Assembly: GCF_009914755.1 (NCBI RefSeq)
Contig: NC_060947.1
Source of the DNA: the human T2T-CHM13v2.0 reference genome, Homo sapiens
DNA length: 64,000 nucleotides
Strand: one strand, 5' to 3'
Part shown: positions 14,601-29,031 of the stretch, one piece after another
Position numbering within the stretch: position 1 is the stretch's first letter
How the letters are laid out: every line of letters begins with the position of its first letter
Notes under the pieces: model-generated
The model's database searches: none
Told to the model about the DNA's origin: nothing
What the model saw: only the letters and a program-made list of their open reading frames with translations
Made by a program: the position numbers and the translations under genes

Positions 14601-17170
14601 AAGATTTATAAAGAAAGACGATTTAGGTCCAGATTTTCTTTATGAATGTAGATCTGTTGAGGAAAAGTCCTCAACATAATACAGTTAACTTTTGAACAAT
14701 GCAGGAATTTGGTATGTCAATCGCCTGTGCAGTTGAAAATCCACATGGCCTCATATAAGTTGGAGTTCTTACCTTCACTACTTTCTGGAAGAGTTTGTGA
14801 AGATTGGTATTATATACTTTAAAAATGTTTGATAGAAGTTGGTGATAAAGCCATCTGGGCTTGAAATTTATTTGTGGGTATTTTTAAAATTATTACTAAT
14901 TCAATCTTTCCACTTGTTTTAAGTCTATTTTTATTGCTTATTACTTTCTGCACTAGTTTCAGTAGTTGGTGTCTTTTTAAAAATTTGCTAATTTCATCTA
15001 AGTTATCTAATTTTCTGGAATACAATTGTTTGTAGTGTCTTTATAATCATTTTTGTATCAGTGAGGATGGCAGTAATATCACCTCTTTCAATTCAGACTG
15101 TAGTAACTTGAGTCTTCTCTCTTATTTATTTTGGTAAATCTAGCTAAAGATTTCTCAAATTTGTTGATTATTCCAGAGAATCACTTTTAGGTTTTATTAA
15201 TTTTCTCTGTTTTATCTAGCCTCAATTTCATTAAAGTTATGCTAATCTTTATTATTTTTTCCTCCTGCTTGCCTTAGTTTTAGTTTGCTCTCCATCCAGT
15301 GTCTTTAGGTGGAAGGTTGGTTAATTTGTTTGAGACATTTCTTTTTCTTAATATAGTGACTGATAAAATTCCCAGTAAGCACTGCTTTCACTTAGTCTCA
15401 TAAGTTTTATGATATTACATTTTGATTTTCATTCACCTCAAAGTATTGTCTGATTTCCTTTTTTTTCTTCTTTGACATAATCGTTACTTAAGAGTGAGTA
15501 CTCTTATTTCCATATATATATGTTTTCCAATTTTTTTCTGTTATTAATTACTAATTTTATTCCATTCTGGTGGAAAAACATGCTTTATATTATTTCTGTT
15601 TAAATTATTGAAGCTTGGTTTTGGCCTAGCATATTATCTATGCTGGAGAATATTCCATGTATACATTGAGAAGAATGTATACTCTGTTCTTAAGTGAAGC
15701 ATTCTATAGATACCTGTTGAGTTTACTAAGCTTATAGTCTTATATTTCATTGATGATATTCTGCCTTGTTGTTCCATCTACTGTTGAAGGCGAAGCATTA
15801 AAAACTCTGTTATTGTTGAATGATCAATCTCTCTCTTATTCTCTGGCAGTTTTTGTTTTATGCATTTTAGCGCTCTGTTTTTAGATGCATTTCCATTTAT
15901 AATTATTTTTCTGATAGATTTATACATGTTGGTTATTATTAAATACCCCACTGTATTTCTAGTAAAATTTCTTAGTCTATTTTGTCTGATAGCAGAATAG
16001 ACACTCCAGCTTCTTCTTGCTTTTTTGCAATACATATTTTCCATCATTTTACTTTTATTCTCTTGTAGTTTTTAATCTAAATTATGTCTCTTATAAGCAG
16101 CATATTGTGTAATCAGGTATTTTTATACAGTCTATCTCCGCCTTTTGATTGGATTAATCTATTTACATTTAATGGTACTATTAATAATTGGATTGCATCT
16201 GCCATTTAATTTTTGCTTTCTCTGTCATCTGTATTTTTGTTATTTTTGCATTAAGGGAATATTTGCTAATTCAGAAATGAATAGGCAATTTAATAGCAAT
16301 AGATGGGAATGTCAACACTCCACATTCAATAAGAGATAGAGCAACTAGGTTCACGATCAGCCTACAGATATAGAAGACTTAAGTAACACTATCAAAAACT
16401 GTGTCTTACTTCCTTTCTATATGGTACTCCACATAAAATAATAGAATACACATTTAGTTTCAAGATTACACACATGTGACCATACATCACAATTAAAACA
16501 GACTTGGACTTTATATTCCACTGGGTAAATTTGATTTCTGTATGTGTTTAATACATTTGTGCTATATTTTTGAGTTATTTTTATTGATTTGTCAAGGGTT
16601 TATTATACAGAACTTATCAGAATCAACTTCAGATTTAGGGTACCTTAATTACACTGAAATATAAAAATATTACTTCTATATTGCTCTCTCTTCTTCCTTA
16701 TTTGTGTGTTACTATTTTTCTGCCTATTATACAAATATAGTCACAAACTTTAAAATTATTACTTCATGTAAGTCTTTTTAAAAATGAGACAAGAAATTAT
16801 AGTAAATATATATTATAAAGTTTGTTATGGTACCCTTATTAACCATTTATGGTCCTTTTCATTTACTCCTATGTACTTCAGTTACCATCTTTTGTCATTT
16901 CCCTACTGTAATACAGATTTTCTTTAATCCACCTTCTTTGTGTTATGTTAGTGTTAGATATATTACATTTCTATATGTTATAACCCAACTACTTTTTTTC
17001 TGGTGGAATGCCCTAAAGGTATCAGTTAGTTTTTGATAGTGTTGATATTTGTTTGTCAATAACGTTGTTCAAGACTTCTATAATGCTACTAATTTTCTAC
17101 CTAGTTGCCTTATCTCTTATTTGGTGCGGAGTATTACAGTTCTTAGCTACTATTATTGAATTGCCTATTT
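11620..17170 (-). mobile_element. Mosaic of old L1M ORF2 and 3' fragments (mostly minus strand), interrupted by Tigger2
   Basis: Minus-strand ORF fragments resemble L1 ORF2: 13094-13294 (KQLFKEIKD...LPKLTYRCN...LKF-like), 14819-15025 (KLDNLDEISKFL) and 15778-16047 (endonuclease-like). An L1 3' end lies near 12365. Confidence 0.8.
13980..14746 (+). mobile_element. Internally deleted Tigger2 DNA transposon; right end inverted
   Basis: ta|gagtttatctttgaataacatggg is the left terminal inverted repeat (TIR). Tigger2 5' sequence runs to ~14340, joined to 3' sequence (gaagacaatgaggacgaagacc...ttttggggag). The right TIR is at 14682-14746 in flipped orientation. Confidence 0.85.
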
Positions 17171-18935
17171 ATGTATGTATGTATATATAAAAGAATAAAC
17201 CCTTCTCCTGCAACTTAAACAGTGTAGGTATCAACTTGTTTGTTCACCATTAAGTTTATTATAAGTAGAGTACTATACAAAATTATACTAGCACTATGAG
17301 TGTAAGTATGTCTGGCCATTGATCAGATTCATAATATGTGAAATTTTCACAATAGGCAAAATAAATACTTGTCTGAAATAAAACATTTTTAAAAGCCAAA
17401 ATAAATGGTCCTGGAAAAACTAATTTTTTAAAAATATATACTTTGTTTTCTATTTGGATAAATGTACATGCCAGTATATTCCACGACTTGTGTTATTGAT
17501 GATAAAGAAATGATGGCTGACAACGAATTAGCAAAAGTTTTTTCAAGAAACATTCTTAGCAAAACTGAGGCATCTTCAAAAGATATTTAAATAGCTCAGA
17601 CTTTTAATTACAAGGGATTTTTTGAATATATATTCCACTGTGCTATACTTTTCTGAGCTAATTTTTGAAAGCTATAGCATTAGTTATATGTCGCAAGCTA
17701 TTAGCAAGGCATATTTTGCTAAAATCATATTTATGTTAAACTTTTATGTTTATATCGACATGCTCACTGAGTGCCATTATCATGGTATCGTGTGAATCAC
17801 TTCCACACAAGCTCATCACATATAACAATTAAAACTTAGCCAATCTGCAGTGTCAGCATAATGTCAGTTTAGCATTTTTCAGTGGTTTGGGTTTTTTAAG
17901 CCTGTTCAGCACATGTGTCTAATTAAGTGTATTCTGAGTTCTACAGGAATGATATTTTCATAAAAATAAAAATTAATATTATAATTATAGTAAAATATTG
18001 CAGAATGCTACTTTTTCTACTGATATACTTTTACACTATTTGATGAAAAAATATTCAATATCAAGTAAACTATAAAAAGTACATAGTCACTACAGCTCAA
18101 ATACACTGTAAAACATAGAATGAGTCAATCAAAAACATAACAGGTTTAGGTTACCATTAACATTTTGAACATCTACTAAGTTAGGCACAAGAGAAAATGG
18201 ATAATTAGTCACTGTTCTGTAGAGAAAATTCTCCTTTCGTGTTTATACAATAATTAGTATTAACTCATCACATGAAGCACAAAATAAGCTTCAATTATCC
18301 CATTCCTAATTCTAGATTTATATGAAGCAAAACAGAAATTAATTTTTTGGGCCACAAAAGCCTCTGGGTGTCACGATATGCCTATGGTGATAGTGTGATG
18401 AGTTTATGCTAACTGTTCATTGCCAGAGTAACAAGGAAGAATTTGTCTCTATGATCTGTCTTAGAAGAAGTTCTATATTAGTAAATATGTTTTCCCATTA
18501 TTTACGAGATGATAGATAAGGGGCATTTATAATGTCTCTAGATGTCTTTAACAACGATTAGTTAAAAGAAAGGTAAAGTGCATAAAATGTGCTTTTGTCT
18601 CAAGACCAGAATTTTAAGATGCTCATGCAAAACCTGAAGAAAGGCATTAAATCTAAGAAAGTCCTGAATTTGAGCTTCACATAGGTTATTACTATCAAAT
18701 GATTCCACACTTGAAAATTGACTTTGCTTGCTTTTATAAACATTACACACTGAAAAATGGCATATTTTAAATCTGTACTTTCTGGTATCTCTAGGAAGCA
18801 TTTATAAATCAACTATAGGAAATAATTGTCCAATAAAGATCATAAGAAATTATTATAATATGGGGTCACAATTTTTCAAACTTGACACAATCAGTAACTA
18901 TAGTCAAAGCTTATCTGCACAAAAAAATGAATGCA

Positions 18936-19284
<349 letters not shown>

Positions 19285-19434
19285 TTAGTTTTTGATAATA
19301 CAGATACACATATTCAGGACAACAACCTCAAAATAATTTTGCTTTTTTTTTTATGTTGTTGTTCCTCTCTCATAGAAGAGCAACTACTTATCTATATGTA
19401 TGCATTACAGCTTACATGCTTCCTGTACTCAACT

Positions 19435-19580
19435 CAGCACTGTGCTGAAAGCAGCTTATACTGGCTAGCAAGCATAGAATGTTAATTTATAGACTTTTTA
19501 AAAGCTAGTTGTTAAATACATCCATTATTATAAATCAAATTGTATAAAATTAAAATTTAATTAAATTAAAAACAAAGTTT
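19435..19580. mobile_element. MER63-like (hAT-Blackjack) terminal fragment
   Basis: cagcactgtgctgaaagcagcttatactggct...agctagttgttaaatacatccattattataaatc...aaaaacaaag matches the recalled MER63 end. Confidence 0.65.
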
Positions 19581-19584
19581 AACA

Positions 19585-20548
19585 GATGAGCGACAATTCC
19601 AGAAGGGTAGCATAAAAAGCTCTATAGACCCTTTCCCCAGTGAAACAAACATAATTTGCGAAAATTATTTAAAATCAGCAATTTCAATCTGTAGAAACTG
19701 TCCAAAGAGCATACAGAAAATTTTATATATACACATAAATGTGTATATATTCACACATATACATATACATATATATTTATGTATATAAATACATAAGGAA
19801 GCACTTAAGTATATATACACACTTATATACATTTATATATTTAGCATATATTTAAGAAAATATACTAAATATTGGAAAGAGTCATGATAGTCTGAGATAT
19901 TTGGACCGTAACACACTCCTTCATATTGCCATGCCCTTTTCAGTGTGTTGAAATTCTACTGTGAGGTAGGGGAAGGGGTCCAACCAACAACACATGGCTA
20001 CTTCTCTCCTTCCCTTCCAGTCTAAGGCCACAACATCTTTCTAAGAGGAGAATGATGCTAAAAATTTTCATTCCTCTTCAGGTCCATCAGGCTAAGAGAT
20101 CAGAGGTTTTGTTCCTGTACCCAGCCCCCATTCATATGGCCGGAGCTTTATCTATCCCAGTTTCAACAAGATGAGCTTTCTTAGAGGGCATAGGTTCCAT
20201 GCCAAGAGAGATAAGCTGAAAAGACCAGAATCTACCCAAACTGCCCATTGGCCTGCTTATACAGCCAGAGTACCACTTTGAGAGGAAGATTGGCAAAAAG
20301 ATTTTGCCCAGGAGAAGAGGCAGTCCATAAGACAGTTGTGTATTTTTTTCCCAAGGGCACTGACTTTACCTGGAACAGAGCTGGGAAGTTTAAATCTAAA
20401 ATAGCAATGGAAAACAATGGAGATTTTTGGTAGTAATCAATTAAGAGGAGGCTAGTAGTTCTAAGAACGCAACAAGCTAAGTTGTACACCAGCTAGAAGT
20501 TTAACCAGGTGAAATGAGGAAAAGAGAGACTTTAAAAGAAGTTATTCT
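19585..20548 (+). mobile_element. Old L1M 5' region with embedded TA/CA-rich low-complexity tract (19720-19850)
   Basis: General resemblance to old L1M 5' ends (agctctatagaccctttccccagtgaaacaaacataa...). Confidence 0.45.
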
Positions 20549-20550
20549 AA

Positions 20551-21999
<1,449 letters not shown>

Positions 22000-22239
22000 G
22001 GCTGGGTGCGGTGGCTCATGTCTGTAATCCCAGTACTTTGGGAGGCCAAGGCGGGCAGATCACCTGAGGTCAGGAGTTTGAGACAAGCCTGGCCAACATG
22101 GTGAAACCCTGTATCTACTAAAATTAGAAAAATTAGCCGCGCTTGGTGGCAGGTACCTGTAATCCCAGCTACTCAGGAAGCTGAGGCAGGAGAATCGCTT
22201 GAACCCGGGAGGTAGAGGTTACAGTGAGAGGTTACAGTG
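22000..22239 (+). mobile_element. AluSx-like element, 3'-truncated
   Basis: Alu from ggctgggtgcggtgg to gaggttacagtg. The last ~55 nt and poly(A) are absent. Confidence 0.9.
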
Positions 22240-22274
22240 GGGAAAGGACATGCTATTCAACAAATGTCCATAAC

Positions 22275-25200
22275 CCATCTTGAGTTGATTTTTGTATAAT
22301 CCATCTTGAGTTGATTTTTCTATAAGGTGAGAGATGAGGATCCAGTTTCCTTCTCTTGCATGTGGCTAGCCAATTAACCCAGCATCATTTGTTGAAAAGG
22401 GTGTCCTTTCTCCACTTTATGTTTTTGTTTGCATTGTTGAAGATCAGTTGGCTGTAAGTATTTGGGTTTACTTCTGGGTTCTCTATTCTGTTCCATTGGT
22501 CTATGTGCCTATTTTTATATCAGTACCATGCTGTTTTGGTGACTATGGCCTTACAGCATAGTTTGAAATCAGGTAATGTGATACTTCCAGATTTGTTCTT
22601 TCTGCTTAGTCCTGTTTTGGCTATGTGGGCTCTTTTTTGGTTCCATATGAATTCTCAAATTGTTTTTTTCTAATTGTGTTAAGAATGATGGTGACATTTT
22701 GATGAGAATTGCATTGAATTTGTAGATTGCTTTAGGCACTATGGTCATTTTCACAATATTGATTTTACCCATCCATGAGCGTGGGATGTGTTTTCATTTG
22801 TTTGTATTGCCTATGATTTCTTTCAGCACTGCTGTTCCTTTATCCCAGAGGTTTGGATATGTGGTGTCTCTATTTTCATTCATTTCAAAATTTTTTTTGA
22901 TTTCAGTTTTAATTTTGTTTACCCAGATGTCATTCAGAAACAAATTGTTTAGTTTGCATTAACTTATGTAATTCTGAGAGTTCCTCTTGGTATTGATTTC
23001 TAATGTTATTTCACTGTGATCTGAGAAGATAATTGATGCTATTTTGATTTTATTAAATTTATTGACATTTACTTTATGTCCAGGTATATGGTTGATTCTG
23101 TATGATATTCTATGTGCAGGTGACAGAAACACATATTCTGCTGCGGTTAAGTGGAATGTTCTGTAAATATCCATTAGGTCCATTTTGTCTACAGTCCAGT
23201 TTATGTTCACAGTTTCTTTGTTGATTTTCTGCCTCAGTGATATGTCTAGTGATGTCAGTGTGGTGTTGAAGTCTCCCACCACTATTGTTTGTGATCAATC
23301 TTTTTTCATAGGTCTATAACTACTTGTTTTATGAATCTGGGTGCTCCAGTGTTTGATACATATATATTTAGATAGTTAAATCTTCTTGTTGTTTTAAACC
23401 CTTTACCATTATATATATAATATCCTTCTTTACCTTTTTTAATTGTTGTTGGTTTAAAGTCTGTTAGATATGAGAATGGCTACTCCTGCTTGCTTTCGTT
23501 TTTCATTTTCATGATGTGTCTTTTTCTACCGTTTTACTTTGAGTTTGAATGTGTCGTTAACCAGTAGGTAGGTCTCACATGGACAGTAGATGGTTGGTTC
23601 TTATTTTTAAATACAATTTCCCACTCTGTATCTTTTAAACAGGGCATTTAGGCCATTTACACTCAAGGTTAATATTGATAAATGAGGTTTTGTTCCTGTT
23701 GTACTGTTGTTAGCTAGTTGTTTTGGAGTTTTAATTGTGTAATTTATAGGATCTGTGACCTTTGTCCTTACATGGTCTTTTCTGATGGTGAGTATCGTCC
23801 TCTCATTTCCATATTTAGAATTCCTTTAAGCATTTCCTATGGGACTGGTCTATTGGTGACAACTTCTTTTAGAATTTGTGTGGCTGGGAAATACTTTATT
23901 TCTCCTTCATTTATGAAGCTTAGTTTGGCAGGATATACAATTCTTAGCTGATATTTTTTTCTTTAAGGAGGCTAAAAATAGCTCCCCAGTATCTTTTGGC
24001 ATGTAAGGTTTCTACTTAAAAGTATGTTGTTAGTCTAATCGATTTTCCTTTATAAGTGATTTAACCCTTTTCTCTAGCTGCCTTTAAGATTTTTAAATTT
24101 AGTGTTTACCTTGAATAATACGGTGACTATATTCCTTGATAATGTTTGTTTTGTATAGCCTCTTGAAGGCATTCTGTGGATTTCTTGTACTTAGATGTCT
24201 ACCTCTCTAGCAAGATTATGGCAATTTTTATGAATTATTCTCTCACATATGTTGTCTAGCCTGCCTAATTTTTCTTCTTCTCTCTCAGAAATGCCAATAT
24301 ATTACAGGTTTGGTTGCTTTACATAATCCCATATTTCTTGAAGGTTTTGTTTATTCTTTTACATTTGTTTCTTTATTTTTATCTGACTTAGTTGAATTAC
24401 CCATCTTCAAGTTCTGAAATTCTTATGCTTAGTATGGTGTATTGTCAAACCTTTCAACTGTAGTTCCAAATTACATAAGTGATTCTTTCATTTCCAAAAA
24501 TTCTGTTTGATTTTTAAATATATTTATCTCTTCTATTTCTCAGATTGCTTTTGTTTCTATGTGCTGATTTTAAACCTTCTCTTGGATTTCTTTGAGCTTC
24601 CTCACAATCCATACTTTGTATTCTTCATCTATCATTTCTGAATTTCCAGTTTGGTTAGGATCCATTGCTAGAGATCTAGTGTTATCCTTTGGTGGTCTCA
24701 CAATATTCAGTTTTTTCATGATGCCAGGATTTACACTGATTCCTCATCTGCAAAGGCTGGCATTCCTTGTTTTTGAAATTATTTTCTTTAGGATAGGATT
24801 GCTTTTTTCCTTATTTCTTTTTCATCCTTCCCCAGAGAGTGTGACTATAACGTATGTTGAGGAGGACCTTTTGTCTTTGCTTCTGTAGACCTGTTGTCTT
24901 TTATTGGCAGGTTTTATATGTGGCTGTGCAGTTCGAAGTGCAGGCCACTAGGTGGTGTTTATGGGTAAGAGCCAGCTGCAACACAAGCAGATATGTATGC
25001 ACTTTGTTGTTTCCTGTGAGATGCTCTCTGTTGTTTCCTGTGATGAGCTGAGTAGTGGAATGCCCAGTGCCCTTAGCTTCCTGTTTAATCGAGGGAGGGT
25101 GACAAAGCTGAGCAGAGCTGGATCCCCTGGCATGCTTACGAGTACTTCAGTGATGAGTGCAGGCACCAGCCCTGATGGGGGTGGCCAGGAGTCCTTGAGG

Positions 25201-27540
25201 TCTCTGCAGGAAGTGAGGGAATGGCACTGGCTCCATACCCTGGATAGGCTAGAGCACGATCTGTTTCCCAGTAACACCCTTGTCCCATGGCTCATGACTG
25301 TCAATTTAGAGGCATACTGTTGTCTATCTTTAAGCCACAGTAAATGCCTGTATTGTTACTGTTAAGCCAAAATATGTGAGACAGGTCTCCGTCAATTTAG
25401 AAAGTTGATTTTGCCAAGGTTAAGGACACACCCATGACACTTCCTCAGGGAAGTCCTGATGACGTGTGCCCAAGGTGGTCGAGAGTACAGTTTACTTTTA
25501 CACATTTTAGGGAGACATGAGACATCAATCAATATGTGCAAGATGTACATTGGTTCAGTCCAGTAAGGCGGGACAACTCGAAGTGAGGGCTTCCGGGTTA
25601 GAAGACAAAAGGTTGCATTCTTCTGAGTCCTTGTTCAGCCTTCCACTGAATACACAATTTAGCCTGGCTCAGTAAATCTGGATTTTTACATAAACAACAG
25701 GGCAGAGGAAGCAATCAGATATGAATTTGTCTCAGGTGAGCCTCAGAGGAATGACTTAGAGTTCTGTCTGTCCTATGTCTAGAAGGAATTTCCTATGGCC
25801 AAATAGTGAGGAAAGTATGTAGCTTCTTATCTTTATAGCTATCTTATTTAGGAATAAAATGTGAGGCAAGTTTGCCTGAAATAGTTTTCAGCTTGACTTT
25901 TCTCTTAGCTTAGTGGTTTGGGGGTCCTGAGATTTATTTTCCTTTCACATTACTCTCTGTGGGAGTGGCTTCAGTTTGGAACTCCTTCACTCAGTACAAT
26001 ACAGACAGCTATATGGCTTGCCTGTTCTCTGATTTGGTAACACTACTGATGTGTATAGAGAGGTCTCTATTTTTTGGCCCATGTAGATGGGCATCAGTTG
26101 TGGAGGTGTCAGCTGGTTGAGTTGGCCTGACCTAATGCCCTGTGGGGAGTGGTCTGGTGGCAGAACTGTTGGACTGGGCTAGATTGTCCCATAGTTCACA
26201 AGTCCTTACATTGCCTGCTGGTTAGTGTCTATGAGTCCTGAAGAGGCTGGACCAGGCAGGGTTGGGCTAGCCCAGAGTTCAGATGCTGGCTGTGATGAAG
26301 AGGGGTGGGCTGGTCACTGATCACCAGCAGAACTCTCAGGTTGTGGGGTTACACTTTCAGGAGAAATGCTCAGGTGAAGGCAGGGCAGCAGTGCTGTGGG
26401 CCTTTAACTGCAGAAACCAGGTCCCCTCAGCTGGAGCAACAGAGACTGGCAGCTGTGGGGTGTGTGGCACACTTGCACTTCCCTCCTACAAAAGTAGCTC
26501 TGGGTTTTATTAATACTCTTGGGGGCATGCACATGTGCTGGGCCTCCTTGCTCTCTCTCTGGCCCTGGAGTGGCAAGGACTTAGCCAGTAGCAGTGGCAG
26601 CTGCAAGGGGCTTGTCAGCGACCTCTGGGAGTGTGCTCTCAGAGGAACACAGAGCCACAGCTGCAGTGTTCAGATGAAGGTGGGGCAGGTGCACTGGAGG
26701 CCTAAAGATGACAAGGCCCATTTAGCAGGAAGCAGTGAAGGTGGGGAGCTGTGGGGCATAAAATCTGTTGCTGTTCTGTACCTCATCTGCAGTTATCTGT
26801 GCTGACAGTGCCAGAATGTGTCCAGCCTCCCCATTCCCTCCCTGGCGTAGGGGCAGCAAGGGTGGAGGCAGCTGTAAAGGGCTTGTCAGTGACCTCTGGG
26901 AGTGGTGCTCTCAAAAGAATGCTGAACTGTGGCCAGCGTTCAGATGGAGATGGTATGGGTGTGCTTGGGGCCAGAAGGTGGCAAGCCTCATTTGGTAGGG
27001 AGCAGCAGAGTTGGAAAGTCACGTGGTGCACAGTCTGGCTGCTCCACAATACCATGGATGTAGTTTCTATCTTTGGGGTACATGAAAGTACCTGGTCTTT
27101 CTCTTTGGTGGGGTGGTGAGTAGCTGACAGTGGCCTACTCAGGGATCAAAAGCCTGTGGGATTCCATGTGGGCTTGAACGGTGCCTCTACACTGTTTTCA
27201 GGTGGCTCTTGTGTTTTTCTGGTGGCCTGGGGGCATTGAGGGGACTCTCCCATGACTAGGATTGTAAAGGTCCATGGTGAAGGTGTGTATCACTGCTGGT
27301 GTCTCACTCACCCACCCCTTTCCCACCTTCGAGATCCTCTCTTGGCTCTGCACCTGTCCTGAATCAGTGGTAGTCTGGCTGCACACTTCTTGGCTTTCTG
27401 TGGGTCCCATCACTTACCTGGTGAATTTCAGTCTGCTCTATGAGATGATGTACTTGAGGTCTTGCTATTTACTTGTTATTTGGGCTTATCTTCGTAATAA
27501 AGGTAAATAAATGCTTCTAGTCAGCCATATTGAACCAGAA
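22275..27540 (-). mobile_element. L1PB/L1P4-type element: long 5' UTR, ORF1, ORF2 endonuclease, then an internal deletion to late ORF2
   Basis: ORF 22959-23282 is endonuclease-like (VGDFNT...DLMDIYRTFH...SRINH...FSDH) and ORF 22569-22772 reads [20 protein letters not shown]. Deletion junction near 22830. The 5' terminus is near 27530 (tagtcagccatattg). Confidence 0.8.
25360..25949 (-). mobile_element. Solo LTR, MER4A-like (ERV1 class)
   Basis: TG...CA ends with 4-bp TSD ttac (25356-25359 and 25950-25953). The reverse strand begins tgtgaaaggaaaataaatctcaggaccccc, as in MER4A. Confidence 0.85.
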
Positions 27541-28975
27541 CCTCTCAAGATTCATATCTGGAAACACTTCGCACGCCCCCACACACCTTTTTGGTCATAC
27601 CCACAATCTCTTGTATGATTTCTTTGATTGGCTCTGTTTTAAATCTGTGAAGTCATGCACAACGTCTGAACACAATTTTCTCCAGCAGAAATGTATTGAT
27701 CCCTTCGGTGGCTTTTTTTAGTAACGATAATGGCATCTTGAATGGTAGATTTTTATCATCTTCTATTAGAATTATTTTCCATACAGTTGACAATCCTTTC
27801 CTTAGAGAACCATGAGGCTTATAGATCCCTATGACCCCCTAATCTGGAGGCTGAATTGCAAACATTATTTTGGGGGCAATTAGACCACTTTTTATACATT
27901 CAGTGTTGAACACCTAGGGTTCTGGGTGGCAACGGACATTGTACAATATTATAAGAACTTTAAAAGGCAGTCTCTTTTTGGTAAGGTACTTTCTGACTTC
28001 AAGGACAAAGCCTCAAATGATTAATAGAGAAAAAAGATTCTTATTGTCCCAGCCTACTTGTTTTACAACCAAAAGACTGGCAACTGGCATTTATCTTTTC
28101 CCTTCAATGCTCCAGGGTTAGCAACATTATAGATAAGGGCAGTCCTTATCATAAATCTGACCACGTTTACACAAAACAGAAGAGTTATACTATCCTATCT
28201 CTAATCCTCGTACTCACCTCTCTTTTATCCTAATGAATGTCCTTTTGTGGCATTTTATTTCAGAATAGGGTACTTTTGTGTGCACTAAAAACTCATTCAG
28301 GTAGATATACTTTGTCCTCAATGATTTTCTTAATGGTAGCTGGGACCTGGTCTGCTTCTACTAGGTCAGCAGAAGATGCTTCTCCTCTTTTCTTGATATT
28401 TTTAAGCCAAAATTTCTAAAAACGTTTTAAGCCAGAATTTGTCTTTCTGAAGTTATCAAACCATTTCTTGCTGGTATTAAAATTTTCAGCTTTAGATCCT
28501 TCATCTTCCTTTTGCTTTAAGTTTTCATATAATAACTGGGCTTTTCCTTGCATTGTATTAGAATATTTAGATGTGCCTTTCTTTTAGCAGTCCTTCACTC
28601 ACATAAAAGCTGCATATTCAACACAAGATAAGGTATTTCTCAAAAAGGCAAGCTTTTGGGACTTGCTGGTATAACTACACTGATGGCTTCAACTTTTTGT
28701 TACAATGATCCTTAAGTTTGAGTTATTAATCTTGAAATGTCAGGCAAGCACAGCTGCAGACCTCAACTTATAGTACATATCAGGCAATTCAACTTTTTCT
28801 TGTAATCTCATGACTTTTCTGTGCTACCTGTAGTACATATCAGTCAATTGAACTCCTTCTTGTAAAGTCAGACTTTTTTGTGCTCCTTGAAAGCACTTCC
28901 AGCATTACTAGTGGCACTTCATATGGGTCCCATGGTTTTATTCAAGGGTTACAGTATTGTACTAAACATTATAAC
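27541..28975 (-). mobile_element. Tigger2 internal transposase fossil
   Basis: The reverse strand follows the recalled Tigger2 pogo-like transposase, from accatgggacccatatgaagtgccactagt through gcttttatgtgagtgaaggactgct, ttctgaaataaaatgccacaaaaggacatt and ggccacccagaaccc-like DDE regions. Many stops and frameshifts; no TIRs seen. Confidence 0.85.
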
Positions 28976-29031
28976 AAATTAGTACAGTTTAAGGAGATAC
29001 ATATGTGTGCCACATTGTCCAGAATTGGATT

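Noticed and set aside
24948-27510. Cluster of overlapping 100-166 aa ORFs in a GC-richer zone
   Set aside because: They lie in an L1 5' UTR where higher GC reduces stop codons. No recognisable domain.
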